DNA of 64,000 nucleotides, taken from positions 420,685 through 484,684 of the forward strand of contig CAJFCJ010000005.1 in assembly GCA_904063045.1 (NCBI GenBank), read 5' to 3'. The notes under the pieces were generated by a model. It ran no database searches. It was given only the letters and a program-made list of their open reading frames with translations, and was not told the origin of the DNA. Of the stretch, positions 1 to 12,630 are shown piece after piece. Position 1 is the stretch's first letter, and every line of letters starts with the position of its first letter. Made by a program: the position numbers and the translations under genes. This DNA comes from Dimorphilus gyrociliatus. Taxonomy: Eukaryota; Animalia; Annelida.

Positions 1-332
1 CCGCTTGGTCCAGCAGCATAGGTTGGGTGAGTAACGATCTTTTCGAGACTGTAATCGGTGGGTTGTCCTTGTTGACGAGTGTCCTTATCGTGCATTCCCA
101 AAACAACCTTTCTGGTAGCTGGGGTTTGGCTAATAACGCAATGGGCAGCGGTCAAAACATATTTGTTGGAGACGACGACGGCTCCGCAAGAGTGAAAGTC
201 GGAGAAACTTTGCATAGATCCTTGCCATGGGTATTTGCCTGGTGGGCTAACATCGACTCCACCAACAATTCTGGCTGCTGGTTTAGCGTAAGAAAGGGCT
301 ACGAGAGCTGCTACGAGGATAAGGCACTTCAT
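1..332 (-). CDS. Secreted trypsin/chymotrypsin-like S1A serine protease, 5' part (runs off window start)
   Basis: Not in the ORF track. Reverse complement from ATG at 332 reads MKCLILVAALVALSYAKPAAR-IVGGVDVSPPGKYPWQGSMQ...HSCGAVVVSNKYVLTAAHC...LGMHDK...IVTHPTY: signal peptide, R/IVGG activation site, TAAHC catalytic His motif. TATA-like run at about 363-372. Confidence 0.95.
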   Translation of the reverse strand, partial: MKCLILVAALVALSYAKPAARIVGGVDVSPPGKYPWQGSMQSFSDFHSCGAVVVSNKYVLTAAHCVISQTPATRKVVLGMHDKDTRQQGQPTDYSLEKIVTHPTYAAGPS

Positions 333-1139
333 GTTGATGTGAAGAGATTGTGTTTTGCCTGGATATATATACTTTTCAAAAGATGTTGCACTGGTTGTTT
401 CTCATTGATATCACTGTTGATAGTCATTCAAATTGTAGTAGAAAGGAATTTGTTTTCTAATTTTAGAAAATTTGAATGTTATCAGTAAGTTTTCTTTTTA
501 ACTTTTCGTTTTCTGACAATTAAGTGTTTTTTTGTTCGAAAAACAATATGACTGTAATTTTTGAAAGATGATAAGGTGTCTTGAAAACGAGACTTTGTAA
601 TATGTTTGAACTATATAATGTTATTAATTATATGAAATATTTGTAAAATACTCAATTCAATGATTGTGAAGGTAAATAGCGTTTTGAATAATGATTTGTT
701 TTTTGCTTTGCTATTGTAATGTGTAAATTGAGATTTGATTTTGAAGATAATACTCTGTTTAATTTAATATGATAAGTTAAGTTTTAACGTTTAATTTACG
801 ATCTAGCGCAAAAGATTTCGTTTTGTTTTTATCTACATAGTTAGTTGATAAAATCAATATGAATAACATGTATTTTAATCATGAAAAATTTCAATTTTTT
901 TTGATAAAATGATAGTTTGAAATAACAGAAAATATTACCTTATGGTGTTTTTCGTGTGAAATTAATTGCTATTTTTATACATTTTGAGTTTTTCGCATAA
1001 AAGAAATCAATGAACTTTGATAGATAAAGGAATTGTTAAAATCTTACGTGATATAAATGTTTCAAGTCATCAGAATGGAAAATTATTGAATTATCATGTA
1101 TTTGTTTTATAAGTAGGAGTTTATTAATACAGTATACAA

Positions 1140-1152
1140 GCGGCATCTAGCG
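1140..1152. promoter_or_regulatory. CTCF-like motif GCGGCATCTAGCG
   Basis: Reverse complement resembles the CTCF core CCACTAGATGGCGC; related copies at 7875, 17613, 20573. Confidence 0.4.
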
Positions 1153-1652
1153 TAAATCAGATTTACTTTATGAGATATATAATGAAACGAATAGTTTCAT
1201 ATATTTTGTTATAATTATCATTTGTTTGCCGTTCTATGTCTACTAATTCTCCAAAACGCTTGTATTGTTGTTAAGCTACCCTTTTTTGGCAGTCATTCTC
1301 TCTTAGAAACGTAGTATATAACGTAATGGTTTACTTGAAGAGTACAAACATTGAATTCTATGAATTAAAGTGATTTAACATTTTCTAATTTGCATAAATT
1401 AAAATATTTGAAATTTTTAGCATTTCTGAATAGAAAGTTGAAAATTTGTGCTCTTAGAGACAATGTTAAAGAAATTTCCTTTTGTTAAACAACAATTGTT
1501 TTTTAGGTCTATACAAAGTATAAAAAGTACCTATATTTAATCTAAAGCTATTCGATTACAGCCTCATAGGGGTCGAAATTAGATTAATATTAAGCGCATG
1601 CGCACAAAACAATATTCGTTGTCTGCTCTCTTGTATTGGAGAATGAAATGCG

Positions 1653-3772
1653 ATGTTAAGTCTACAGGATACAATAATTCGCTTCATAGGAAATAACTTT
1701 GAATTTGTATTTGAAAAGAATTGGATTGACGATATAACCATTCCTTTTACACTATCTGAAAAGATCTTTCATTTTTTGGAGAAAACTGGAGGAATTACAG
1801 AGAAAAGACTAAAATATTTCAGTTCGGATAGATGCCAATTATGGACCGTAAAATTGAACACGCATAATTATGAAGATGTATCGAATTTGTCGTTTTTGAA
1901 CGATCATCCATTGAAATCTATTAAGATTTTTAATGTTAATAAAGAGAAATTTGAATATATTTACGAAATTATTAAAGAGAGAGATTTAAAGGAATTAACG
2001 CTATGTCATGGAAAGTTTTGTGATAATAGTGAAAAAGACATATCCATATCAGAATCACTTTCCAGTATCGATCGTATAGCTGGATTCAAAAATCTTACTA
2101 AATTGAATTTAAGCTTTACAGATTTAACTGCAGATGGATTAAATCTGTTGTGCAGCAAATTGAAAGATTTACAAAATCTGAATATCTCTGGAACAAAAGT
2201 TTACAGTTTAGAAAGTTTACTACAATTGAAAAATCTTATAGTTTTTAAATATGAAGATAAACCTTTTTCATTCTATCCGAAAGATTTACTTGTATTGAAC
2301 AAATTGAGAAAATTAAGAGAGATTTATTTATACGATTATACTTATCTTCCTTATCACGAATACGTGCAAGATTTTAATAATTTGCTTTGTAATTGTTACT
2401 GGGAAAAACTGGAATATTTTTCAATTTATACAAGTCCAAAAATCGATTGTCAAGTTATAATGTAATAGTTGAAATTCAATTATTTCTACTATTAAAATTA
2501 ATATAACATTCTCCTATTTCGATTTACAGGAACTTTATCGATAAACATCCTCGATTAAAGCTCTTTAAAACTCAATATACAAGAACTTTAAAAGAAATTG
2601 CAAGAGCATCGAAACTCATCTTTCCAAGATTTCTTAAGGTAGTTTAAAATACACTTTAAATTATTATCGTATTGATAATATTCCCTCTATTTTCTTTTAT
2701 AAGAAATTGAATATTGACTGCTTGAACAACGAATTAACTCTATTTCAAAATCCAAAATTGTCCTGTCACGATTTAGATGAATTTCTAATTTTTCTCTGCA
2801 GTAACTTTAGACATCAGTCTAAGGAAACTAAGATTAGTATAGTTAAAAAGTTGGATGTAAAGAATTTGTTATTTGTAAGTATACTAGTAAAAAGTCTTTA
2901 GTCTGTAGAATATACCTTGATTGATATACTTTCTCTTCTTCTTCTTCTTTAGGTTATGAACAAGAGAATCCGCATTTTGAATGACAACTACTCTTATCAA
3001 ATGTCGAATCAAAGTGACATTTCAAATCTCGGATCGGTTATAGAAATTCTATCGCTAATGGACTACACACCAGAACATCAGATGGAATGGATAGAAATCT
3101 ATATATCTATATGCAAAATATTTAGCAGTCTAAGTAAGCATGATTCATTCCATTTGTTCTTAGGCTTTTACACGTTTTTAATGTAATACTTTAGCCGATT
3201 TGGATCTGGAACACTTTCCAATGCTCTTTCCATTGATAGAGATAATTGGTAAATACGATGGTCCACTCTTCTGGGTAAGGGCACATTTACTTTCCTTTAT
3301 ATAAAGCTTCCTCTAAATACATCCACTTTGCCTTTAGGTTGTTAATATAAAACAATTTGGATTAAAGTTAATCCATTGGTATAACTTTTTGGGATATAAT
3401 AACGGCAGACAACCACTAAGTATCCTAAAAAAGATGGTTAAACAGAATATCTTTAAATATGTAAGTTTTACCTTCCTCTTTCTCGCTTTTGAGTTATTTA
3501 TAGAAATACAATTTTTTCCCTTTGCCTTTTTTCATTTTCAGTTGGAAAAGGACGAAATAATGGATATAGTCAATATTATTAGAGATCATGTTTCGGAATA
3601 CTTTTCGGAAGATGATTATACTATGACAAATGACACTTTTAATAAGACAGTTAAAGACTACATTGATGTTTGCATTAGTGTTTTGGATAATCATAGACTT
3701 TACAGGGATTATTACATTCAATCATACACAGAGGATATAGACGTTTACGACTGTGACGAGATTGTCTCTTAA
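1653..3772 (+). CDS. ZYG11/ZER1-like VHL-box LRR protein, copy 1 (multi-exon)
   Basis: N-terminal SLQDTIIRFI (BC-box-like) and IPFTLSEKIF (Cul2-box-like); LRRs LTKLNLSFTDL and LQNLNISGT; intron 2462-2529; exon 2 NFIDKHPRLKLFK..IFPRFLK; last exon LEKDEI..., stop 3770-3772. Confidence 0.8.
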
Positions 3773-5296
3773 AGAATCGTCGGGCGGATTTGGTACAATC
3801 TACAGAAATTGACACTTTGTTTTTATTAATCATAATATTATTAATCAAGTAGAAAGATCTGCATATAAACAGCATTAATCAAATGAGATCATTTAATATT
3901 TTAACGTGTACTATTCTCTTTGAAATCTTCATTGTATAAGTTTTTCTTTGCTATCTTACACAACAAATAGAAATGCTTACAATTGTTAATTAGATAGGAC
4001 TATTTCATAATGAAAGTATAATTGAATAGTTTCGATTACGTAACAAGTTTAAACTTATATCAACTAGTACTTTTAAAATGAAAGATGATAGTAAATAATG
4101 AAATTTTATGTGAAAACTTAAAGGTTCAATGGAAACAAAGTTTATACATTAGACATGAAACACGAAATATATTTCTTCTAGTTATTTAACTTTCCAAAAA
4201 CTGGTACAGTCTGTAAAAAAGAAAAGAAAACAAAACAATTGAAATCAATAATCGAAAACGTGATGGAAGTAATTTTACGAATTTAGAGATGACCTACTTT
4301 CATTGTTTCAACCAACGAAAAGTTCCGATCAGGCAAGAGTTAAAAGATCAAATTAAAGTATAAAAAATGTTAAAAAAATAGAAAAGAAAACCGTCAGCAC
4401 GTATCAAATAATACAAAAAAAGAATAGAATTGTATGTTTTAAAGGGAGTTCCTGTTTTTTACTTAATGAATACTCTTTCATATAAGTATAATAAGACAAT
4501 TAGAAGGTTCTTAATGACATTGTAGTATATATATATACAGTATATTCTAATTGTATACTTTTGAACAATAGATGTAATTATTAATCATTTTCATTCAATG
4601 AATACCTTCTGATTACTCTTTATCTACGTTTTTTGTAGATCATCAACTTTCTTTAGAGTTTGTTAAATATCTAAATAGTTCAAATAGAAAAGTTACTGTA
4701 TATACAGTATTAATAGCGTGTAAAACTGTTTGTAAAATGATAATACAAAATTAAATTATAGGCTTAATTTCAGAAATTGAATATCACTTGGTACAATACA
4801 AACATAGAACAAAGACAATGGAAAAAAAGATATCAAAGTTCTATAAGTTTAACCTTACTTATTAACTGTTGATGCCTGTACTATATAGACGAAACTTTAA
4901 GGTGACATTTTGTTCCAAAGTGTTCATCTTCAATTCACTATTGACCAGTTACTTAATCAGAGATAGTAAAACATTATTATTCCATCCTACTGTTTAACAT
5001 TGAAGGACGGAGAAAATAGAAGTAAAAATGACTAAATCTTTAATTATAAAAAGTTCTACGCTTCCTTTCTTAGATTTTAATTTTTATTCCTCTTTTATAT
5101 ATTTACTTCCATCTGTTTTGAAGAGGTACTGAAGGTAATAAACCCTTTATGTTACATACCTGAAATATTGTTAATACGTGAGTAATCTAAAGAATACATC
5201 CTTCGAAAAATCCAATGCTTTCTAGCATAGAAAAAATGACTGAAAATGTTATATTTAAGGCGTTTATATTCAAGTTTTTTAATCATTCAATTCAAA

Positions 5297-5938
5297 ATGA
5301 AACAGTATCTTTCAAACATATTCTTTCTATCTGCTATAATTCTTTTCTTTTCTTCCTATTGTCTATCTTATCCCGCGGAAAGGAATAGTTTACAAGAAAG
5401 TATCGACAAGGAGAAAGAACTAAGACTCATCAAACTGAAAATCTTTCATCTCGGTGCAAATGCTAGAAAAGAAATGTCACATATTAAAATAAAGCTACTG
5501 GGTTTAGATCATCATTTTCAGATTGTCCTCGATAAGAAAATGTACAAGAACTGCTCTCTTTACTATTCAACAGAACAAGATAAATTTTGTTCAATCTTCA
5601 AAGGAAATATGAATATGGAAAACGAATTTAAATTTGCATATCATCTAATTCTAGCACTTAGAGAATACTTGAACATATTGAAAAGTGTAAATTGGATTCC
5701 TTCACATGTTGAAAAACCATTGATAAATTCTGAAAAGATAATATATAATAAATTGTTTGGAATTGAAGCGATATTGACAAATCTTATCGAAAGTGGTCTA
5801 AAATATAAGATAATATCATATTTATCTCAGGAGAGAGTAAACAATGAAGGATCCAACTGGAATAAGTTTTTAACTTATGTGCACGATGTAATGGTACTGG
5901 TGAATGTAATGAGAGAATATTCAAGAGAATGGGGATGA
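5297..5938 (+). CDS. Secreted 213-aa helical protein, possible long-chain class I (IL-6/CNTF/Unpaired-like) cytokine
   Basis: Single exon; signal peptide MKQYLSNIFFLSAIILFFSSYCLS; four amphipathic segments. The ORF is solid; the family assignment is inference. Confidence 0.65.
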   Translation: MKQYLSNIFFLSAIILFFSSYCLSYPAERNSLQESIDKEKELRLIKLKIFHLGANARKEMSHIKIKLLGLDHHFQIVLDKKMYKNCSLYYSTEQDKFCSIFKGNMNMENEFKFAYHLILALREYLNILKSVNWIPSHVEKPLINSEKIIYNKLFGIEAILTNLIESGLKYKIISYLSQERVNNEGSNWNKFLTYVHDVMVLVNVMREYSREWG

Positions 5939-6098
5939 ATAAATTGAACTTTATACAAGAAAAGATAATATATATACAGTATATTTATAAATATAAATAC
6001 ATAAACAATTGAAGAAAAAAGGCGTTTCTTTCTATTATAGATAAAAGTAGTTAAGGAAGGAAGAGAAAGAAAAACCAAACAGATATTCCAATTGAACA

Positions 6099-7097
6099 CT
6101 ACCTTTTGAATAGATTCAAGAATTGATATCTAAATTTTCTACCAGTTAAACAATAAATATAAAAGTTAATGGCATAATTTGAAGTTGATATAAAACCAAA
6201 AATTATTCCCAATCTCAATACCTTAAATCCTTCTATTATTGAAATATCTGTTTTATAGTAATGAATATAAACAAATACACAACAAACTGGTATTGCCGCT
6301 ACAATAAAGTAAACTGAAACGCATATTAAAAGTATTGTCAATTGTCTGTTCCTTACGCCATTCCTTTCGATATTTTGTGATGTTAAACTCCTTCTTCTAT
6401 TCAACGCACTAATTAAGGTTTTTATAATAAGAAAATTCAATATAAAAATGAAAATCGATGGTATAAAATTACATATAGAAACATGAATTAGTGTATGAAC
6501 TTTACGAGAAAAGAAATCAACATTTTCAGTTGTATATTCGCATAGAAATAGAGAATTCCATTTATTCAAAGGATTCCTAAAGACTGTTGGCGATGAAAAT
6601 ACAAAAAAACTATGAGAATAATAAATTATTGGTAGGATAATTGCCAAACAACAATATAGTTTAGCTTTAAATTTTGTACAAATACGCTTAGCTCTCGTTG
6701 GAAAGAGAATAAATGCTGCTCTATCAGCAGTCATTGTAACTAAAATCCAAGAGCTCATAGTTGGAAACATATAGACGACTGTTTCGGAAAAGGAACAATG
6801 AAAATAATGCCAAACATTTGTGTTTGTTGTTATAAAAGGTTCCGTGTATTTTGTTATTTGAACAAGGCAAATGTTAATTAAAGAAATTGAATCGATAATA
6901 GCCAAAACTCTCAAGTAAAATGATGTTGTTGTATAGCTGAGTGAAGGTTTATTAAATATAATAAATGAAGAAATATTTCCAAAAATTCCAAAGAGAAATA
7001 TGAATAAATTAACAATTTTATGAGTAATAATAATACTTCTCATGCTAAAATCATCAAAAATCCATAAAGGAAATGTAAAGTTTGTAGAATTATTCAT
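6099..7097 (-). CDS. Class A (rhodopsin-like) peptide GPCR, FMRFamide/sex-peptide-receptor-like
   Basis: Seven hydrophobic segments; GIFGNISS (TM1), LAIID (TM2), ADRA (TM3), NYAINFYIYCLTGRKFR (TM7/H8); N-glycosylated N-terminus MNNSTNF. ATG at 7097 (ORF track starts at a TTG). Confidence 0.9.
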   Translation of the reverse strand: MNNSTNFTFPLWIFDDFSMRSIIITHKIVNLFIFLFGIFGNISSFIIFNKPSLSYTTTSFYLRVLAIIDSISLINICLVQITKYTEPFITTNTNVWHYFHCSFSETVVYMFPTMSSWILVTMTADRAAFILFPTRAKRICTKFKAKLYCCLAIILPIIYYSHSFFVFSSPTVFRNPLNKWNSLFLCEYTTENVDFFSRKVHTLIHVSICNFIPSIFIFILNFLIIKTLISALNRRRSLTSQNIERNGVRNRQLTILLICVSVYFIVAAIPVCCVFVYIHYYKTDISIIEGFKVLRLGIIFGFISTSNYAINFYIYCLTGRKFRYQFLNLFKR

Positions 7098-7656
7098 TGT
7101 AAATTGTAATGTAGTTTCCAACTTTTATATTAAAACTAAACATCTTAACTGTCGGTTTTTCTCTTTATAGTCTTCAACTTTTTCAATTAAAATAATGTAG
7201 TAGTAACGCTCCCTTTCTCTATCTCTTTTGATTGATAAGAGAAAGACTTACAAATATGACATTAATAATATTTTCTGGGTTAGTGAACTGTATTTCGTAC
7301 AAGTATTAATAATGTTGCAAGCGTTTCTCATTGTTCAAGTGTATAGTATTAATTTATCATTCAATTCTCAATGACCTAATTTTTGTAAGGTTATAAAGAA
7401 TAAGGGACATGTTAGAAAACAAAATAAATTAACATAATAGGATCTTATGTTACCTTGTGTATATTTTTCATCATAGTTGACGGATACAATTACAATTAAA
7501 CTTGTATATATACTTTTTGTAGACCAGATAAGAAATTTAATGAATATTCATTCTTTATTCAGACTGTTAGAACAGTAACGTTTGTAGTAATTTGAAGATT
7601 CTTTAAAATGTTCTTACGATATAAAAAACAATCAATAATCACTTGATTTCATCGAA

Positions 7657-7728
7657 GGGGAATTAGCTCAGCGGTAGAGCGCTCGCTTAGCATGCGAGAG
7701 GTCCCGGGATCGATCCCCGGATTCTCCA
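7657..7728 (+). tRNA. tRNA-Ala-AGC: tRNA-Ala(AGC) copy 1
   Basis: Full cloverleaf, G3:U70 pair, anticodon loop TTAGCAT, animal-type ATCG T-loop. Confidence 0.97.
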
Positions 7729-7874
7729 GGTTTCTTTTATTTTTACGAAAATACTGCTTTTTTTTTCCTATTACAAATATTCTTTAATGATAATTCTTCA
7801 ACCATTTTTACAAGTAAAACAACTAACCTTCCATTATTATAAAACCTCCAGTATTATAAAAATGTACAGCAGTA

Positions 7875-7887
7875 GCGACATCTAGTG
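7875..7887. promoter_or_regulatory. CTCF-like motif GCGACATCTAGTG
   Basis: Same motif family as 1140; lies between tRNA-Ala copies 1 and 2. Confidence 0.4.
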
Positions 7888-8192
7888 AATTTAATAACTT
7901 TACTCTATTAGAGGAGGTTTTTCATCTTTTGGGAAAGGAGAAGAAAGAGAGATGGAGGAGGAGGAAAAGGAAATGGAATAAATACAGTCATTTTACCATA
8001 TGAATGTTTATTATTAATGCTATTGAACTTGCCTCCAAATAGTTGAATACATTACATAAAAACTGTTGATAGGCCTTCTTCTCACTGATCGTCTTACAAA
8101 AGAGTTACGAATAGAGATGTATCAAGGTCGATTGTCATGTAAATTGCTGAAATATCTAAGAAACAATCAATACTGCAAGTGTTTTTACATCA

Positions 8193-8264
8193 GGGGAATT
8201 AGCTCAGCGGTAGAGCGCTCGCTTAGCATGCGAGAGGTCCCGGGATCGATCCCCGGATTCTCCA
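8193..8264 (+). tRNA. tRNA-Ala-AGC: tRNA-Ala(AGC) copy 2
   Basis: Identical to copy 1. Confidence 0.97.
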
Positions 8265-8640
8265 GTGATGTACCTTTTTTTTGTTATCTCTTAAATATTC
8301 TTTATTTTTTTAAAATAATACTGAAAAGAAGAGAAATGTATGCTTGGTCTCATTTTATCTATTAATCTATCTATCCAGCTACCTTCCGTAGCCTTTTCAA
8401 GTATTATCTTTTCATAATCTTTTACAATAATCTATCAAAATCGTTATTATCAGTTAGCACTATTCGTTAAACTACATACACATAATGTTGAAATAATCTA
8501 TGTTTCGTGTTCAAGTTGGATAGTTGTTCTATTCCAGTTTCATTGTAATATTAATGACATTCCACGAAAGGAATTAATATTAATAAAGTAACATTCAAAA
8601 CAATACAATGGAATAATTGAAGTCATTTTGAATAAAAACA

Positions 8641-8712
8641 GGGGAATTAGCTCAGCGGTAGAGCGCTCGCTTAGCATGCGAGAGGTCCCGGGATCGATCC
8701 CCGGATTCTCCA
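8641..8712 (+). tRNA. tRNA-Ala-AGC: tRNA-Ala(AGC) copy 3
   Basis: Identical to copy 1. Confidence 0.97.
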
Positions 8713-8864
8713 GTTGATTATGATTTTTGCCAAAGTTTATTCAATTCATTAGTAAATTTTCATTCAATTCTCTTGAACAAACCATAATTTTTTTCAAGTG
8801 GAAAAGTTTATTTAATGAATAAAACAAAACCATAAAAAAAAACAATTCTTAACAAATTAACAAG

Positions 8865-10885
8865 TCATTTTGTTGAGATAAAATGATTTTTAAAATAGTC
8901 AATTTTCTTATCTAAAGTTAAAAGTTTAGGTTCGCAGTGAATACAATTTCCGGGTTTTCTATTAACACAAAGTATGGATATACAGATATTAATCCTTCTG
9001 AGTAAATTCGCTTTTTCATATCTAGAAAATACGGTAGCGGATTTATAATTTTGATGTAAAATTTCAACAATATTTAAAACTTGTAAAATTTCATTCTTCT
9101 TTAACTGATTGATTAAAAAAAAAAAGTAAATTGTACCAAAAAGGCCTATTGGATTATGTTTATGAATATTTTACCTTAATAAATCCAGAATCTTTGAATA
9201 TCTTTGATAAAAGTATAGAATTTCTTTCCAAATAAGATAAATACGGTTGAAGTCTAATAAGGCTCATACCTAGAGTAGTTTTCTTCCTTAGCTTGTATAT
9301 ATTATTGTATTAAAATTTCCATAATTAATTAGAAAGTGTATGAAAACTTACAATATTAATTAAATAGTAACGCTCTAATAACAATTGGATTAAAATCTCG
9401 TAATGAACATCTTCGAAATATATATATCTTTCGGTAGATTTTAAATATAATATTGAACAGGCTGCATCGACGAATCGTATCCAATGAACTTGATTATTTG
9501 GTAAAACTTTTAACCAATTAAGAAATATCAATATATATCTAAAATTATGATTCTTTTCAAGGTCAAAGTCATTTTCCGAGTGAACAAAATTTTCGTAATG
9601 AATATTATCGATTAAAATCTGAAAGGTAATATGATTTTGATGAAGAAAGGCGGAGAAAGATAATAAAAAATATGATATTACCTTAAAAAGGTCATCGGTA
9701 TTAATTGATTTAAAGAAGGCTATCCTTTCATCGATTGTCTTGTGTTTGAGTATAAGGTACATTTCATAGAAAAAGTGAAAATTACCAACAGATTGAAATC
9801 CTGATGTAGTTATTAGAGTTAATTCGTAGTTAAAATCAATACTGTTGTCGCTTCCCTAAATTGAAATTAAAAGTAAACGAATGAAAATAAAGAAGAAGAG
9901 GAAATTAACCACAAGTCTTGGAAATAATACGGGCGTTACTTTTGTGAAATTTGAACGATTTTCACCAATAATTTGATCTATATGTAGTACTTTCAAATAT
10001 TTATGATTATCGATAAATAACCTTTAATAAAGAGGATTATATTAATTGACTTGAATATATATATATATATATATAAAACAATATATTTACGTACCTAATA
10101 CTAGATTCATCTATCTTTGAACATCCCGATAGACTAAAGTATTGTATATCTTTCCAATAGATATTATGAAATATATCCTTTATCCAATCGCTATTCACCT
10201 TATATTTCCAAGAAATGTTGTTTGAAAATTCAATTTTTATTAATTGAGGTATCTTTTTCAAATGGTTAACTTCGTTATAGTTAATACCGTTCTTTAGTGA
10301 AGAAAACTCTATTAAAGAGAGTTTAGTGAGCTTTGGAACGTGTTTTAACGTTTTTACAATAGTCTTTGAAATATTTAAATCTTCTAATAACGTAAACTTA
10401 TTACAGACAATCTTTAGGCAATTATCATTAAAGTTTGTAGAGATAACGTGTAATTTTGTCAAGTTTTTAAATCTAGATATTAATTTTATTGCTTTAGTCG
10501 GCTTGTCTTCTAATAGTCTTCTTTTAATGGTTAAACTACATTTTATCAAAGTTAATTCTCTTAAATCAGATTCCCTTAAATACTTAATCCAATCGGATAA
10601 TCCAAATTTTTGAATATGATTCACGTATAAAGTTTTTATATTCCAATTTTTCATAAAGGAAAAACACGAACATTTTCCAATACGCGTACCGTTGAACTTG
10701 ACATTCTCCATATAAATATTATCAGTATTGAACAATTGAATATCTTCTTCGCTAATTCCATAACTTTTCGTATCCAAAAACCTAAAAATCTTTTCTGCAA
10801 GATAGAATGGAATTTTCCTTTCCTTCAGAGTTAATTTAGGATTATCCTTAATGTAAAAAAGTATTATTTCTTGCAAAGAAAGCAT
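8865..10885 (-). CDS. ZYG11/ZER1-like protein, copy 2 (multi-exon)
   Basis: MLSLQEIILFYI / KIPFYLAEKIF; LRRs; exon 2 LFIDNHKYLK..VLFPRL; last exon LKKNEIL..ISTK, TGA at 8865-8867. Confidence 0.8.
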
Positions 10886-11433
10886 AGTCTCTTTGTTATT
10901 GTCAATTGTTATTGTCGGCCATAGTTAAAAATGAGTCATTGTATAGTATTGATCTGATCTATATTGATAAATGATGTTATATTACGTAACCACTTAGCAG
11001 GATAGTTTTAATATAAAACTTTATATTGAAAAAAGACTTTGTACTAATAATCTAACGTCTCGAACACGTAATAGTCTGCAAAGGAGAAGAATTTGTACAA
11101 AGGCATTTGCCTCTTATATATTGTATACTGTATTTTTTTTATATATGGACAGTTTGACACTTCTTCGAATAGCAGAAGCAATAACAGACAAACTTTATAC
11201 ATTATTCAAACACGTAAATTATATAATATATCTAAAAAGTGTCATATTTTCCATTTTTACACTCGTTTTAATATGTTTTTTTAATAGAAATTTTATCAAT
11301 GAATTTAATAGTAAAAAGGATAGTTTTCTCTTTTTTTAGATTAGTTAATTTCTGTTGTATAAAGCTTGATTAGTTACTAATCTAACTAGGTTAACCGCAT
11401 TCATCCTATACAAAGTAATATATACTGTATTAC

Positions 11434-11474
<41 letters not shown>
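11434..11474. repeat. (TA)n microsatellite
   Basis: Interrupted TA run between divergent copies 2 and 3. Confidence 0.9.
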
Positions 11475-11729
11475 GGTTCTTCATCATTCAGTAGCAGCCA
11501 TTATCAGTAACCTTTTCTTACCTGTTGTATTATAACGAAAGTTCAAATCATATAATATACTAAAAATAGGTTATGTACAAACGGTAAATTAACAATACAT
11601 AATAAACGATTTCTAAGAGTTGATTACAGGTACGAAAAGAATAAAAAACACCGTATGAGCATTTGCCAAAAAAAGAAAAACAAATAGATTTAATACTAAA
11701 AATAAAAAGGAAAAAGGTAACGAAAAACT

Positions 11730-12584
11730 ATGTTTAGTTTACAGAAAATCATCTTATATTTTATCAAAAGAAACCTAAAATTAGTTAGCCAGAAAACATC
11801 AAAATCTATATATCTTCCTTTTTATCTATCGAATATAATTTATGAATTTTTAAATGATTTTTATGATGGAATTTGGAGAGAAGACTATCAATTCTTCAAT
11901 CGACCATTTACGGAATTAACTAAAGTTTCAATATTCGGAGAACGAATTGAAAAATCAAGTAATTTATTATTTTTGGTCAATCAACCGTTGAAATCATTAA
12001 AGGTATATAAATTGAATAAATTTGATATTACGGAATGGATTGATTACTTAAAATTAATTAATTTACAAGAATTAACAATCAACTATTGTAAAACTAGTAA
12101 ATTAAAATCTCAATTAAACTGGTTTTCTCTACTTGTAAACACTAAAGTTTTAATTAAATTGAACGTTTCATATACAAATTTCGATGATGAATGCCTAAAT
12201 TTCGCTTGTAACGAATTATCATTATTAAAAGATTTAGATATTTCATTTACAAGAATAAAATCATTTGATTGTTTAAAGAAACTGGAAAAACTGGAAAGTA
12301 TTAAGTTATGGAGACATAACGGTAGAAGAATATCAATAGCATTTCAAATTATTAAACAATTAATGAATTTAAAAAAGATTAGTATTGGTTTTTATTATAA
12401 TAATTTTAAAATAGATGAATTTTCGTTAAATGGATGCAATTGGAGAAATTTATATTATTTCAATACGAATAAATTAAATAATCTGTCAAAAGTTTCAATA
12501 AGGTTTTTTAATAAAATTTTCTTTTTTTTGTCTTTTTATTTAATTCTCTTTCTCTCTCTGTCTCTCTCCCTCTTTCTCTTATGC

Positions 12585-12630
<46 letters not shown>

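Noticed and set aside
27-488. 153-aa plus-strand ORF
   Set aside because: Antisense shadow of the trypsin-like CDS; starts at GTG and has no motif.
8066-8365. ORF overlapping tRNA-Ala copy 2
   Set aside because: Conceptual translation of the tRNA and its flanks.
7657-8712. Three identical 72-bp repeats with unique spacers (CRISPR-like look)
   Set aside because: They are tRNA-Ala genes; spacers are 376-464 bp, there are no cas genes, and the context is eukaryotic.
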